A stretch of 64,000 bases of DNA from a bacterium. Its GTDB lineage: Bacteria; Vulcanimicrobiota; Vulcanimicrobiia; Vulcanimicrobiales; SCRA01. The notes under the pieces are model-generated. The model had not been told where the DNA came from. It did no database searches and saw only the letters and a program-made list of their open reading frames with translations. Both the position numbers and the translations under genes were made by a program. Position 1 is the first letter of the stretch; every line of letters starts with the position of its first letter. The DNA is taken from NCBI GenBank assembly GCA_004298675.1, contig SCRI01000083.1, forward strand, positions 16,037 through 80,036. Direction: 5' to 3'. Below are positions 18,386 through 28,825 of this stretch, piece after piece.

Positions 18386-19372
18386 ATGCTTCGCCGCGCA
18401 TTCATTGCAGTGGTTGCAGCGCTCATGACGGTCGTCGCGCCCGCGTTTGCGTTGGATCCGTTCTCGCAATTACAGACTCGTCTCGACAGCCTTGCGAGCC
18501 GTGCGCCGGGTAGCGTAGCCGTTGCGGTGCGCGATCTGCGCACGGGTCAAGTCGCCGGTTACAATGCTCAGGCTAGTCTGCCGGCGGCTTCGACGATCAA
18601 GGTGCCCGTCATGGTCGAAGTCTTCAAGCAGATGGAGGACGGTACGTTCACGCTGGGTCGCGAGGTGACGCTTCAGAACGGCGATCGCGACGACGGTTGG
18701 GGCGACCTAGCGGCTGCCCCCAGCGGATCGCACTACACCGTGCGGCGGTTGTTGTGGCTGATGATCACGCAGAGCGACAACACGGCTGCCAACATGCTCA
18801 TTCGTCTCGTCGGGCGCGTCCACGTCAACGAGACGATGCGCGCGCTGGGACTCGACCACACCGCGCTCAGCGACTACATCCGCTCCTATGGAGACATCCG
18901 CAGCATCCGTACCACCGCCTCCGACATGGCGCACTTGATGGCGCTGATCGCGCACGGCGAGCTGGTCGACGAATGGTCCTGCGGAGAGATGCTCGAGATC
19001 ATGGCTGGGCAGCAGATCAACACGCTGCTGCCGGAGCCGTTGCCGTCCGACGTGCTGATCGCGCACAAGACGGGGAGCCTCCACGACACGCTCAACGACG
19101 TGGGCGTGGTCTACTTGCACGACGCGCCCTATGCGATCGCGGTGATGACGACGCGTCTGCCTAGCCTGGATTCGGGGCGCGCCTTCATTCACGCCGTTTC
19201 CAGTCTGGCTTTCAAGCAGATCTCCGCGCTCGCGGCGCAGCGCGCGGACGGCACCGCGCCGGCTGCGGAGACCGCCACGCCGATCGTCCGCCCGGCGGCG
19301 GCGGTGACGGCCCCGGTCTGGGATCAGAGCGCTCCGAAGGACGTGCTGGACTGGCAGACGGTGGACGACTAG
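18386..19372 (+). CDS. Secreted class-A beta-lactamase-like serine hydrolase
   Basis: Signal peptide (AALMTVVAPAFA), the S-x-x-K motif ASTIK, the SDN motif (TQSDNTAAN) and the KTG motif (HKTGS). Confidence 0.8.
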   Translation: MLRRAFIAVVAALMTVVAPAFALDPFSQLQTRLDSLASRAPGSVAVAVRDLRTGQVAGYNAQASLPAASTIKVPVMVEVFKQMEDGTFTLGREVTLQNGDRDDGWGDLAAAPSGSHYTVRRLLWLMITQSDNTAANMLIRLVGRVHVNETMRALGLDHTALSDYIRSYGDIRSIRTTASDMAHLMALIAHGELVDEWSCGEMLEIMAGQQINTLLPEPLPSDVLIAHKTGSLHDTLNDVGVVYLHDAPYAIAVMTTRLPSLDSGRAFIHAVSSLAFKQISALAAQRADGTAPAAETATPIVRPAAAVTAPVWDQSAPKDVLDWQTVDD

Positions 19373-19381
19373 CGGAGCGGG

Positions 19382-20344
19382 TTATCCTGCTGCGGCGGTC
19401 TTGCGCCCGGCGTAGGTGGGCGTGATCCACGAGCGGTAGCGCGGCTCACGCCCGCGCACGGCGTTCTCGTAGACGCTCATGAGGCGTTGCGTTACCGGCC
19501 CGATCTTCCCGCTCCCAATTACGCGGCGATCGAGCGAGACGATCGGTGCGATCCCGGCAGCCGATCCGCACAGGAAAGCCTCTTCACAGACGTAGACCTC
19601 GGTGCGGTCGATCGAGCGCTCGCGAACTTCCAGCCCGAGCGCGTCGCGCGCGATCTCGATGATCGAGTTGCGCGTGATGCCTTCCAGGATGTTCTGGCTG
19701 GCATCGGGGGTGACGAGCATGCCGTGTTTGACCATGAAGAAGTTTTCGGCGGAGCCCTCCGAGACGTGGCCGTCCGCGGAGAGCATCAACGCTTCGTCGA
19801 AGCCATTCTGCGCCGCTTCGCTCTTGGCGAGCGCCGAGTTGACGTAGGCGCCGGTGATCTTCGCGCGCGCGGGCACCGAGCAGTCGTCGACGCGCCGCCA
19901 CGACGACGTGCAGACGTTGAGCCCGCCTTCGCTGTCGATGTAGCGGTTGAACGGAATCGCGACGATGGCGAAGGCATCGGGAACGCTGTGTAGGCGTACC
20001 CCCACGTCCTGCCCCGCCTTGTATGCCAGCGGACGGATGTAGACGTCGCTCTCGAAGCCATTGCGCGCGCAGAGTTCGATGGTGGTCTCAACCATCGCGT
20101 CTACGCTCATGCCCAAATCGATGTTCAGGATCTTGGCCGACTGGGTGATGCGTTCGAAGTGCGGAGCCAGACGCAGCAGATACAACTCGTGCTCCTGTGC
20201 GTTCCAGAACCCGCGCACGCCCTCGAAGCATCCGGTTCCGTAATTCAGGCCGTGCGTAAGCAGGCCGACTTTGACGTCGCCGTACCGGGCGTAGCCCTGG
20301 TCCTTGGTGTACACCGTCAAGTTCGCGAGTTGGTCGAGTTCCAT
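19382..20344 (-). CDS. ilvE: Branched-chain amino acid aminotransferase
   Basis: Class-IV aminotransferase pattern (LHYGTGCFEG-like LNYGTGCFEGVRGF, ...EGSAENFFMV, GITRNSII). Trimmed to the ATG at 20344, which shares 1 nt with the tatD stop. Confidence 0.9.
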   Translation of the reverse strand: MELDQLANLTVYTKDQGYARYGDVKVGLLTHGLNYGTGCFEGVRGFWNAQEHELYLLRLAPHFERITQSAKILNIDLGMSVDAMVETTIELCARNGFESDVYIRPLAYKAGQDVGVRLHSVPDAFAIVAIPFNRYIDSEGGLNVCTSSWRRVDDCSVPARAKITGAYVNSALAKSEAAQNGFDEALMLSADGHVSEGSAENFFMVKHGMLVTPDASQNILEGITRNSIIEIARDALGLEVRERSIDRTEVYVCEEAFLCGSAAGIAPIVSLDRRVIGSGKIGPVTQRLMSVYENAVRGREPRYRSWITPTYAGRKTAAAG

Positions 20345-21199
20345 CAGTTGACTCCTCCCGCCGCGCTCGTTCTCCCCGCTCCGGTGCGGGGCCCTTCGTC
20401 GCCCGGAAAAACGCCCGGCAGGCGGAAGAAGGTGCGGGCGCGGGCGCTGCTCTCGGCCGCGAGCTGATCGAAGGGTACGTTCAAGAGATTCGCGACGAAC
20501 GTCGCGGTCTCGACGACGTAGGCGGGCTCGTTGCGTTGGCCGCGGTGCGGTACGGGCGTCAGGTAGGGGCAATCGGTCTCGAAGACCAGGTGCTCGTGGC
20601 CGACGCTGCGCACGGCCTCCCGGATCTGCGTCGCGCTCTTGAAGGTGATCGCGCCGCCGATCGCGAGCAGTAGCCCGAACTCCGCCGTCCAGCGCCGCGC
20701 ATCTTCGACGTCGCCGGTAAAGCAGTGAACCAGCCCGGGGTAGCCGTGCGGTAGCTCCTCGCGCAGGATGCGCGCGAAATCGTCTTCCGCTTCGCGCTGG
20801 TGAAAGACCAGCGGCTTGCCGGCGCTCACGGCGGCGCGGATCTGGCGGCGTAGGATCTCCTGCTGTACCGGGCGCGGGCTGTGGTCGTAATGGTAGTCGA
20901 GCCCGATCTCGCCGACGGCCACGACGCGCGGGTCGGCGCAGGCCTCGCTCAGCAGCCGCTCCAGGTCGTCCGGCGCTGTTTTGGCTTCGTGCGGGTGGAT
21001 GCCGAACGTGGCGTAGAGTTCGGGCGCGCCGTCGAACTGTGCGTGCGCCAGCGCGATGGCGGCGAGGCTGTCGGCGGGGTCGCAGCCGATGGCCACGATC
21101 GTGTCGAGGCCCGCGGCACGCGCGCGCCGCAGCACCTCGGCGCGGTCGTGGTCGTATTCGGCGCCGTGCACGTGGGCGTGGGTGTCGATCACGGGCGCG

Positions 21200-21207
<8 letters not shown>
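20344..21207 (-). CDS. tatD: TatD-family metal-dependent DNase/hydrolase
   Basis: VIDTHAHV..., GEIGLDYHY, HCFTG and ETDCPYL motifs. It lies immediately downstream of metG, as in many genomes. Confidence 0.9.
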
Positions 21208-22741
<1,534 letters not shown>

Positions 22742-22780
22742 CGTGTTCTCCTTGGACTATTCGTTTCGGAATCTCCGTCC

Positions 22781-23680
22781 TTAGTCGCCCGAGGGTAGGG
22801 TGCCTTCCTTGCGCCGCGCCGCACGCGCGTACAAGGCGCGCCGCTCGCCCAGTCCCGCGGCGGCCAAGGTCCGCGCGATCGCCGCCACGCCCTCGCCGGC
22901 CGCCAAGAGCGCATCGATACGGGCGTCGATCCCCTCGCCATCCGGTTCTGCGCGCGCGGCCGCGGCCGTGCCCGTGCCCAGGACCACCAATGCGAGCTCG
23001 CCCCGGACCGGCGTGGGGAGGCCGGCGAGCACCTCGCGCGGCGTGCCCCACAGGCGCTGTTCGTGGAGCTTGGTATATTCGCGCAGGAGAAAACAGCGCT
23101 CCACGCCGGCGCTCTCGGCATCGTGCAACGCCTGCTCGATGCGGTGAGGCGACTCGTACCAGACGCAGGCGCCTTCGCCCAGCGCGGCCTCCCGCAGCGC
23201 CGTGCGCCGTTCGCCTGCGCTGCGCGGGAGAAAGCCTGCAAAGCGCAAGCCCTTGACGGGAAAACCCGAGATGACGGCGGCGGAGACGAAGGCGCACGCT
23301 CCCGGCAGCACGTCGAAAGGGATGCCGGCCGCGCGCGCGGCGTTCACGAGTGCCGTGCCCGGGTCGCTGACGCCCGGCATGCCCGCGTCGCTCACGACGG
23401 CGATGGTCTTGCCCGCGGCGGCCAGGGCCAGCAGCTTGGGACCGGATGCGCGTGCGTTGTGCTCGTGGTATGGATGGAGCGCCTTGCCCGTGATCTCGAA
23501 GCGCGCCAGCAGCTTGCGCGTGACGCGCGTATCCTCGCAGGCGATGGCGTCGGCGGAGCGCAGGGTCTCGAGCGCCCGCAGCGTGAGGTCGCCGAGGTTG
23601 CCCAGCGGCGTTGGAACGAGCACGATACGTCCGGACAGAGCGGAGGCCTCCACGCCGTCTCGTTCGAACAGGCGGGCCAT
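22781..23680 (-). CDS. rsmI: 16S rRNA (cytidine1402-2'-O)-methyltransferase
   Basis: LVPTPLGNLGDLTLRALETL...ACEDTR..., VSDAGMPGVSDPG. The track ORF was trimmed to the ATG at 23680. Confidence 0.88.
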   Translation of the reverse strand: MARLFERDGVEASALSGRIVLVPTPLGNLGDLTLRALETLRSADAIACEDTRVTRKLLARFEITGKALHPYHEHNARASGPKLLALAAAGKTIAVVSDAGMPGVSDPGTALVNAARAAGIPFDVLPGACAFVSAAVISGFPVKGLRFAGFLPRSAGERRTALREAALGEGACVWYESPHRIEQALHDAESAGVERCFLLREYTKLHEQRLWGTPREVLAGLPTPVRGELALVVLGTGTAAAARAEPDGEGIDARIDALLAAGEGVAAIARTLAAAGLGERRALYARAARRKEGTLPSGD

Positions 23681-24935
23681 GCGTACCTCCGCCACCGTGG
23701 AACTCCGTGGCCACCTCATCGACTCGGGCATCTTCCAGCGCGTGCTGGAGACGATGGCGGACGCCGACGCGGAGTACACGATCGACGTCTTCGACGTCGG
23801 GCATACCAAGGCCGATTCCAGTTACGCGCGCGTGACGGTGTTCGGCTTGGAGCCGGAGCCCTTTGCGGTATTGCTCGACGACCTGCGCGCCATCGGTACC
23901 ACCGTGCTCGAAGATGCGGATGCGCGCACCGAGCCTGCGCCGGCCGCCGGTGTGCTGCCCGACGATTTCTACGCGACGACCAATTTAGAGACGGAGGTGC
24001 GCCTGCGCGGCGAGTGGGTGCCGGTGGCGCTGCCGGAGATGGATTGCGCCATCGTGGTGCGCAACGGGCTCCCGCTTACGCTAGCCGGTTACGACGTGCG
24101 CGCGGGCGAGCCCGTGGTGGTGGGCCACGAAGGTGTGCGGGTCAAGCCGCTCGAGCGCCCGCGCAGTCGCGCCGTCTTCGAGTTCATGTCCAGCGCGGTC
24201 TCCAGCGAGAAGCCCAAGGAGGCGCTGGTGGCGGAGATCGCGCGCGAGCTGCGTGCCTGTCTGGAGGGCGGCAAGCGCGTGCTGGTGGTGGGCGGTCCGG
24301 CCATCGTGCACACGGGCGCCACGCGCTACTTGGCGGCGCTGATCCGCGCGGGCTACGTCAACGCCCTCTTCGCGGGTAACGCCTTAGCGGTGCACGACAT
24401 CGAGTCGCAGTTCTTCGGCACGTCGCTGGGCGTCGATCTCGACAACGCCTACCCCGTGGAGCACGGTCACGTGCACCATCTGCGCACCGTCAACCGCGTG
24501 CGAGCGTTTGGCGGTATCCAAGCCGCCATCGACCGTGGCGCGCTGCGCGGCGGCGTCATGTACGAGGCCTACCGCGCGCGCATCCCGGTGGTGCTGGCGG
24601 GCTCCATCCGCGACGACGGTCCGCTCCCGGACGTGATCACCGACGTGGTGGAGGCGCAGAAGGCGATGCGTGCGGTGGTGCCGGAGGTCGGCGTGACGTT
24701 GATGATCTGCACGCTGCTGCATTCGATTGCCGTGGGCAACATGCTGCCCGCCAGCGTGCGCGTGGTCAACGTGGATATCAATCCCGCCAGCGTCACCAAA
24801 CTATCCGACCGCGGCTCCTTCCAGACGATCGGTTTGGTGACGGACGCCGCGGCGTTCTTGCGCGAGCTTTGCGCGGCGCTGAAGGTGAGCGTCGAACCGC
24901 CCAGCCCGGCTTCGCCCGCGGGGTCGCTGGCGTAA
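23679..24935 (+). CDS. TIGR00300-family protein (LOR/SDH-N-like domain plus deoxyhypusine-synthase-like domain; archaeal-type ornithine cyclodeaminase family)
   Basis: VELRGHLIDSGIFQRVLETM...SYARVTVFG at the N-terminus, and ...GGPAIVHTGA...LFAGNALAVHDIE in the C-terminal half. The start is either ATG 23679 or GTG 23697. Confidence 0.6.
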   Translation: MRTSATVELRGHLIDSGIFQRVLETMADADAEYTIDVFDVGHTKADSSYARVTVFGLEPEPFAVLLDDLRAIGTTVLEDADARTEPAPAAGVLPDDFYATTNLETEVRLRGEWVPVALPEMDCAIVVRNGLPLTLAGYDVRAGEPVVVGHEGVRVKPLERPRSRAVFEFMSSAVSSEKPKEALVAEIARELRACLEGGKRVLVVGGPAIVHTGATRYLAALIRAGYVNALFAGNALAVHDIESQFFGTSLGVDLDNAYPVEHGHVHHLRTVNRVRAFGGIQAAIDRGALRGGVMYEAYRARIPVVLAGSIRDDGPLPDVITDVVEAQKAMRAVVPEVGVTLMICTLLHSIAVGNMLPASVRVVNVDINPASVTKLSDRGSFQTIGLVTDAAAFLRELCAALKVSVEPPSPASPAGSLA

Positions 24936-24941
24936 CTCGCG

Positions 24942-26159
24942 GTGGCACGCAACGGCAACGCGCTCAGCAGTCTGGAGGCGCGGCGCATCGCGATCGCGGC
25001 GCAGGGCTTTGGGACGCGGCGTAGCGGGATAGTTGGGCGCGCCGGGCTGCTGACGGCGATCCAACGGCTGGGGCTGGTGCAGATCGACTCCGTGAACGTG
25101 CTGGTGCGTTCGCATTACCTGCCCGCGTTTTCGCGCTTGGGAGGCTACGAGCGCACGCTGCTCGAGCGTCTTGCGTATGGCCGCTCGCGCAAACTCTTCG
25201 AGTACTGGGCGCACGAGGCGTCGCTCCTGCCGTTGGAGACCTATCCGCTGCTGCGCTGGCGGATGGAGCGCGCGCGCCGCTCCATCGGCGTCTACTCCGG
25301 CGTCGCGCAGCTCGCACGCGAGCGCCCGCGTTTCATCGTGCAGGTGCGCAAGGCGCTCGAAGAGCGCGGCGCGATGAGCGCCTCCGACTTCGAGGGCGCC
25401 AAAGGGCTGGGTGGTTGGTGGGGCTGGAGCGACACCAAACGTGCGCTCGAGTATCTCTTCTGGGCGGGTGAGGTCACCGCGGCCGGCCGCCGCAACAGCT
25501 TCGAGCGCGTCTACGACGTGGTGGAACACGTGCTTCCCGCCGCGATCCTGGCGGCGCCGGTGCCCGCGGAGGCCGAGGCACAGCGCCAGCTGCTGCTGAT
25601 CGCCGCGCGGGCTCTCGGTGTCGCAAGCGAATCCGACCTGCGCGACTACTTCCGCCTGGACGCGCGCGACGCCAAGGCACGCGTGGCGGAGCTGGTCGAG
25701 AGCGGAGCACTGCTGGAGGCCGGCATCGAAGGCTGGCGGCAACCGGCGTACGTGGATTCACGGCGTGCGCGGCCGCGCCCTAAGGAGCGTAGCGCGCTGC
25801 TTTCGCCCTTCGACTCGCTGATCTGGAATCGCCCGCGTACCAGCCGCCTCTTCGGCTTCGACTATCATCTCGAGATCTACACGCCTTCACACAAGCGTGT
25901 CCACGGCTACTACGTGCTGCCCTACCTGTTGGACGACGCGCTGGTGGCACGCGTGGATCTCAAGGCCGATCGCGCCGCCAAACGGCTCTTGGTGCACGCA
26001 GTGCACTTCGAGCGCGGCGTGGCTAAAGACGCGGTGACCGAGCGGTTAGCGCTGGACTTGGAGGCGATGGCGGCGTGGCTGGAGCTCGAGGCCGTCTCGC
26101 TGCCGGCGGCTATGGATTCTCGCCGATATCGAGCGCCGCGTGTTCGAGCGCTCCCATGA
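24942..26159 (+). CDS. YcaQ-like winged-helix protein (DUF1006; interstrand-crosslink DNA glycosylase family)
   Basis: ARRIAIAAQGF..., and ...LLSPFDSLIWNRPRTSRLFGFDYHLEIYTPSHKRVHGYYVLPYLLDDALVARVDLKADR is the conserved C-terminal block of this family. GTG start. Confidence 0.75.
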   Translation: MARNGNALSSLEARRIAIAAQGFGTRRSGIVGRAGLLTAIQRLGLVQIDSVNVLVRSHYLPAFSRLGGYERTLLERLAYGRSRKLFEYWAHEASLLPLETYPLLRWRMERARRSIGVYSGVAQLARERPRFIVQVRKALEERGAMSASDFEGAKGLGGWWGWSDTKRALEYLFWAGEVTAAGRRNSFERVYDVVEHVLPAAILAAPVPAEAEAQRQLLLIAARALGVASESDLRDYFRLDARDAKARVAELVESGALLEAGIEGWRQPAYVDSRRARPRPKERSALLSPFDSLIWNRPRTSRLFGFDYHLEIYTPSHKRVHGYYVLPYLLDDALVARVDLKADRAAKRLLVHAVHFERGVAKDAVTERLALDLEAMAAWLELEAVSLPAAMDSRRYRAPRVRALP

Positions 26160-27039
26160 AGGCGCGCATCGCGGGCGTGGGATCCGCGCCGCGGCGGCGG
26201 ATGATGCTGATCGTGCGCTCGATCGCGAGATCGGTGACGTTGATGACGGCTAGGCCCTTCTTGTCCAACTGCGAGAGCGCCGAGACCCAGGTGATCCCCA
26301 GCCCCACGCCGACCGCGGCGCGGATCCCCTCCGCGCTGCCGATTTCGATCGTGTGCTCGAATGCCAGACCAGCTTGCCGCAGTGCCGTGTCGATGGCCTC
26401 GCGCATGCCGGAGCCCTGTTCGCGCTGGATCAGCGGCTCGTTCTTGAGCGCGCTGACGCTCACCGTCTGGCCGGCCAACGGATGCTGTGCGGAGCAAACG
26501 CAACGGAGCACGTCGCGATAGAAGGGCGAGACGGTCAGCTCGGGATGCTGCACGGGCACTTCGATGATTCCCAAGTCCGCCAGCTCATTGACCACCGCTT
26601 GGATGATGTCGCTGCTGAAGCCGATCTGTAAGCTGATGTTGAGTGCGGGATGGGTGTGGCGCAACTGCGCCAGTGCGTGCGGTGCTAGGAGCGCACCGGC
26701 GGTGAGGCTCGCGCCTACCGTCAACCTGCCGCCGACGCCGGCCAGGTAATCCTCGGCCGCCTTCGCCGCGTGCTCTCCCTCGGAGCGCAGGCGTTGGCCG
26801 ATACGCGCGAGCTCTTGACCCAGCGGCGTCGGCTCGACGGCGCGTCCGTGCTCGATCACCAGCGGCGATCCACAAGCCCGCGTCAGGCTCTCGATCTGCT
26901 GCAAGAGCGCGGCGTGCGTCATTCCGGCGCGTTCGGCGGCTTGCGTGAAGCTGCGCGCCTCCACCACGTGCCAAAGCGCGACGAGCTGGTTGAGGTCGAA
27001 ACGCGGTACCGCCATCGCTACTGCCTCATACCCAGGCAA
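26110..27039 (-). CDS. LysR-family transcriptional regulator
   Basis: The N-terminal HTH LNQLVALWHVVEARSFTQAAERAGMTHAALLQQIESL is followed by a periplasmic-binding-like effector domain. Start is 27039 or 27015. Confidence 0.85.
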   Translation of the reverse strand: MPGYEAVAMAVPRFDLNQLVALWHVVEARSFTQAAERAGMTHAALLQQIESLTRACGSPLVIEHGRAVEPTPLGQELARIGQRLRSEGEHAAKAAEDYLAGVGGRLTVGASLTAGALLAPHALAQLRHTHPALNISLQIGFSSDIIQAVVNELADLGIIEVPVQHPELTVSPFYRDVLRCVCSAQHPLAGQTVSVSALKNEPLIQREQGSGMREAIDTALRQAGLAFEHTIEIGSAEGIRAAVGVGLGITWVSALSQLDKKGLAVINVTDLAIERTISIIRRRGADPTPAMRAFMGALEHAALDIGENP

Positions 27040-27093
27040 GCCGCCGTGCTACCGCACGGTTTGCTTGCTTTGGCTGCCAACCGAGCGTTGGCG

Positions 27094-28083
27094 CTAGGCG
27101 ATGCCGAAGAGAAAGCCGGAGATCATCTGGTAGAGCTCGTCGATGAAGATATCTGAGTGGCTTCCGCTGATGCCTCCGCTGTAGAGGTGTTGCTGGGCGC
27201 GCGCTTGGTGGATCGGCGTAAGGTCAGCGACGATGAGCCGATCCGATATTCCGCGCATGTCTGCTGCGACGAAACCGGGAGCGACCGTGATGGCTTTGGC
27301 GCCGCCGAATGCGCCTTCCGTCTTGGCCGTGGGTCCCACCGCCCCCAGAGCCTGACGCGAGGTGCGGAACAGGTTGGCGAGTCTGCCTGCTAAGACGTAC
27401 CATTCGGTAAGTGCGCGGTCGAGCGTTGATTTCGTGATCAACATGCGCAGCCCTCGGATATTGGAGATCTCGCCGTAGATATCGCCGGATTCCAAGTTGT
27501 CGCTGTCCGTTGCCGGCTCAAGCAGCACTACGTTAAATGATGTGTCGGCCGGTAGGGTAATAGTATTGTTGCCTATGTCCACCTGTAGATCCTGAAGTGC
27601 CGCGCAGAGCACCTTGCAGCCGAAACTATGGCCCAGCATGAAGAGGCGTATGGGGAGACTCGCGGTGGCTCGCTCATTTAGGATCAGGCGCAGCATCGAG
27701 TAGACAGCATTGCGACCGACGGCATCGGCGCGGTGCTCCATCGTATAAAAGGTGAGCAACTCGGCTGTATTGAGTGGGCTGTTGGGATTCTCGGTGATCT
27801 GGGATGGCCAGTGGATACCGACGCCCAGCGAGTTACCTGGCCCGTACTTGAAAACTGGAGGGCTTGCTTGCGCGACGAGGAGTATTTGCCTGGCAAGCTC
27901 GACAGAGAACCGGTTGTAGTCGTCGAGTGCGCGGGCGGCGTCGGTAGCCCAGCCGTGTGAATAAATGTAGACGTCGGTGAACTTGAACGGATCCACGGCC
28001 AGCGCGGTTTGGATTACGGAGTCCATGCCGGCATCGAAGATAACACCGTTCTCGTTGATTGGGATCGTAAGATAGTGTGACAT
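27094..28083 (-). CDS. DUF900-like alpha/beta hydrolase (serine esterase fold), function unknown
   Basis: YIYSHGW..., GVGIHWPSQ..., the nucleophile elbow LFMLGHSFGCKV and a distal GSHSD histidine. No signal peptide. AGGA lies 7 nt upstream of the ATG. Confidence 0.55.
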   Translation of the reverse strand: MSHYLTIPINENGVIFDAGMDSVIQTALAVDPFKFTDVYIYSHGWATDAARALDDYNRFSVELARQILLVAQASPPVFKYGPGNSLGVGIHWPSQITENPNSPLNTAELLTFYTMEHRADAVGRNAVYSMLRLILNERATASLPIRLFMLGHSFGCKVLCAALQDLQVDIGNNTITLPADTSFNVVLLEPATDSDNLESGDIYGEISNIRGLRMLITKSTLDRALTEWYVLAGRLANLFRTSRQALGAVGPTAKTEGAFGGAKAITVAPGFVAADMRGISDRLIVADLTPIHQARAQQHLYSGGISGSHSDIFIDELYQMISGFLFGIA

Positions 28084-28118
28084 ACATGAGTCCTACCCAG
28101 CTTGGTTGCTGCGCAACC

Positions 28119-28316
28119 TCAAGGCTTCGCCTGCTCTCGATGCTTAGCTGCTCGCCGAGCGGCCACGTGCCGGTCGACGGAGATCGTGCCACCGCGTGAG
28201 CTGAGGATCACGTCGGCACCGGCAGCGCGCAGCCGCACCGAGGCCTGCGGCGAGAGGTGCGGTGGCCAGAAACCAGCGCTCGAGGAGTAACCGGTTCCAT
28301 AGCAGTCCGCGTGGGC
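28119..28316 (-). pseudogene. Degenerate fragment homologous to the comEC 3' end
   Basis: There is no start codon. The translation AHADCYGTGYSSSAGFWPPHLSPQASVRLRAAGADVILSSRGGTISVD... aligns to the intact ComEC tail GHHGSSYSSSAPF...LARVRAAGAQIFLTSRDGTITVD (30152-30388). In my hand alignment 14 of 21 residues are identical in the core block and 6 of 7 in YSSSAxF, with an internal deletion of about 18 residues. Confidence 0.6.
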
Positions 28317-28664
28317 TCTGGGAAGCTTGTCCTTTTTGATTATGCATGTGCGAACAGAGATGCTGTGATTATCACTGGTGATAAACGCTGCATTGTGGCC
28401 CTGGCGGGGAGTTCAAAAGCTGCGGGTATCGTTAAGACGCTTCAGGGTCGAGTTGTGCATGTGGAGTGCGTAATCGAGGCCATGAACGGCCTCTGCGGAT
28501 GGAAGAATGTCCGGGCTAAGCTGTGTTCCGATCCGTCCGCAGATCCGCGCTTGTTCGCCGTGGTGGACTCGAGGCACGACGAGAAGATGGTCCCCCAAAA
28601 TTTGTCTAACAGAGTTCAGACTCTCATCGCGGATTCGGCCAGCTTAGTGATGTTCGAACCTTAA
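28257..28664 (+). pseudogene. Truncated ORF (possible C-terminal remnant of a PIN-like/nuclease-type protein)
   Basis: The only start is a GTG lying antisense inside the comEC remnant. The AT-rich part begins around 28330 with LFDYACANRDAVIITGDKRCIVAL, resembling the last acidic motif of PIN-type domains. No plausible N-terminus is present. Confidence 0.25.
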
Positions 28665-28825
28665 GCAGTTACCGCTGCGTTGAGATTTTCCAATGCTACC
28701 TGCTCGACCTGAAACGCGAGACTTGCGTACCTTTTCTCAATAGCGGAAGGTTGTACGGCGCCATCACGTCCTCTAGCATCCGCTTCTTCGCGACGAGCTT
28801 GGCGATATCGATCTATGTGTCTCGC

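Noticed and set aside
26110-26159. Long convergent gene overlaps: ycaQ-like/lysR 50 nt, fadD/marR 28 nt (43003-43030), aidB-like/leuS 20 nt (37997-38016).
   Set aside because: Stop codons are sparse in GC-rich DNA, so C-terminal run-on and convergent overlaps are expected. Nothing suggests functional antisense regulation beyond that.
27059-27093. Hairpin CCGTGC-TACC-GCACGG followed by a T-rich run, between the lysR start and the hydrolase stop. It could be a terminator.
   Set aside because: The T-tract follows the stem only on the plus strand, where no gene ends nearby. On the minus strand, which carries the hydrolase gene, no U-tract follows. The orientation does not fit a simple terminator, so it is left uncalled.
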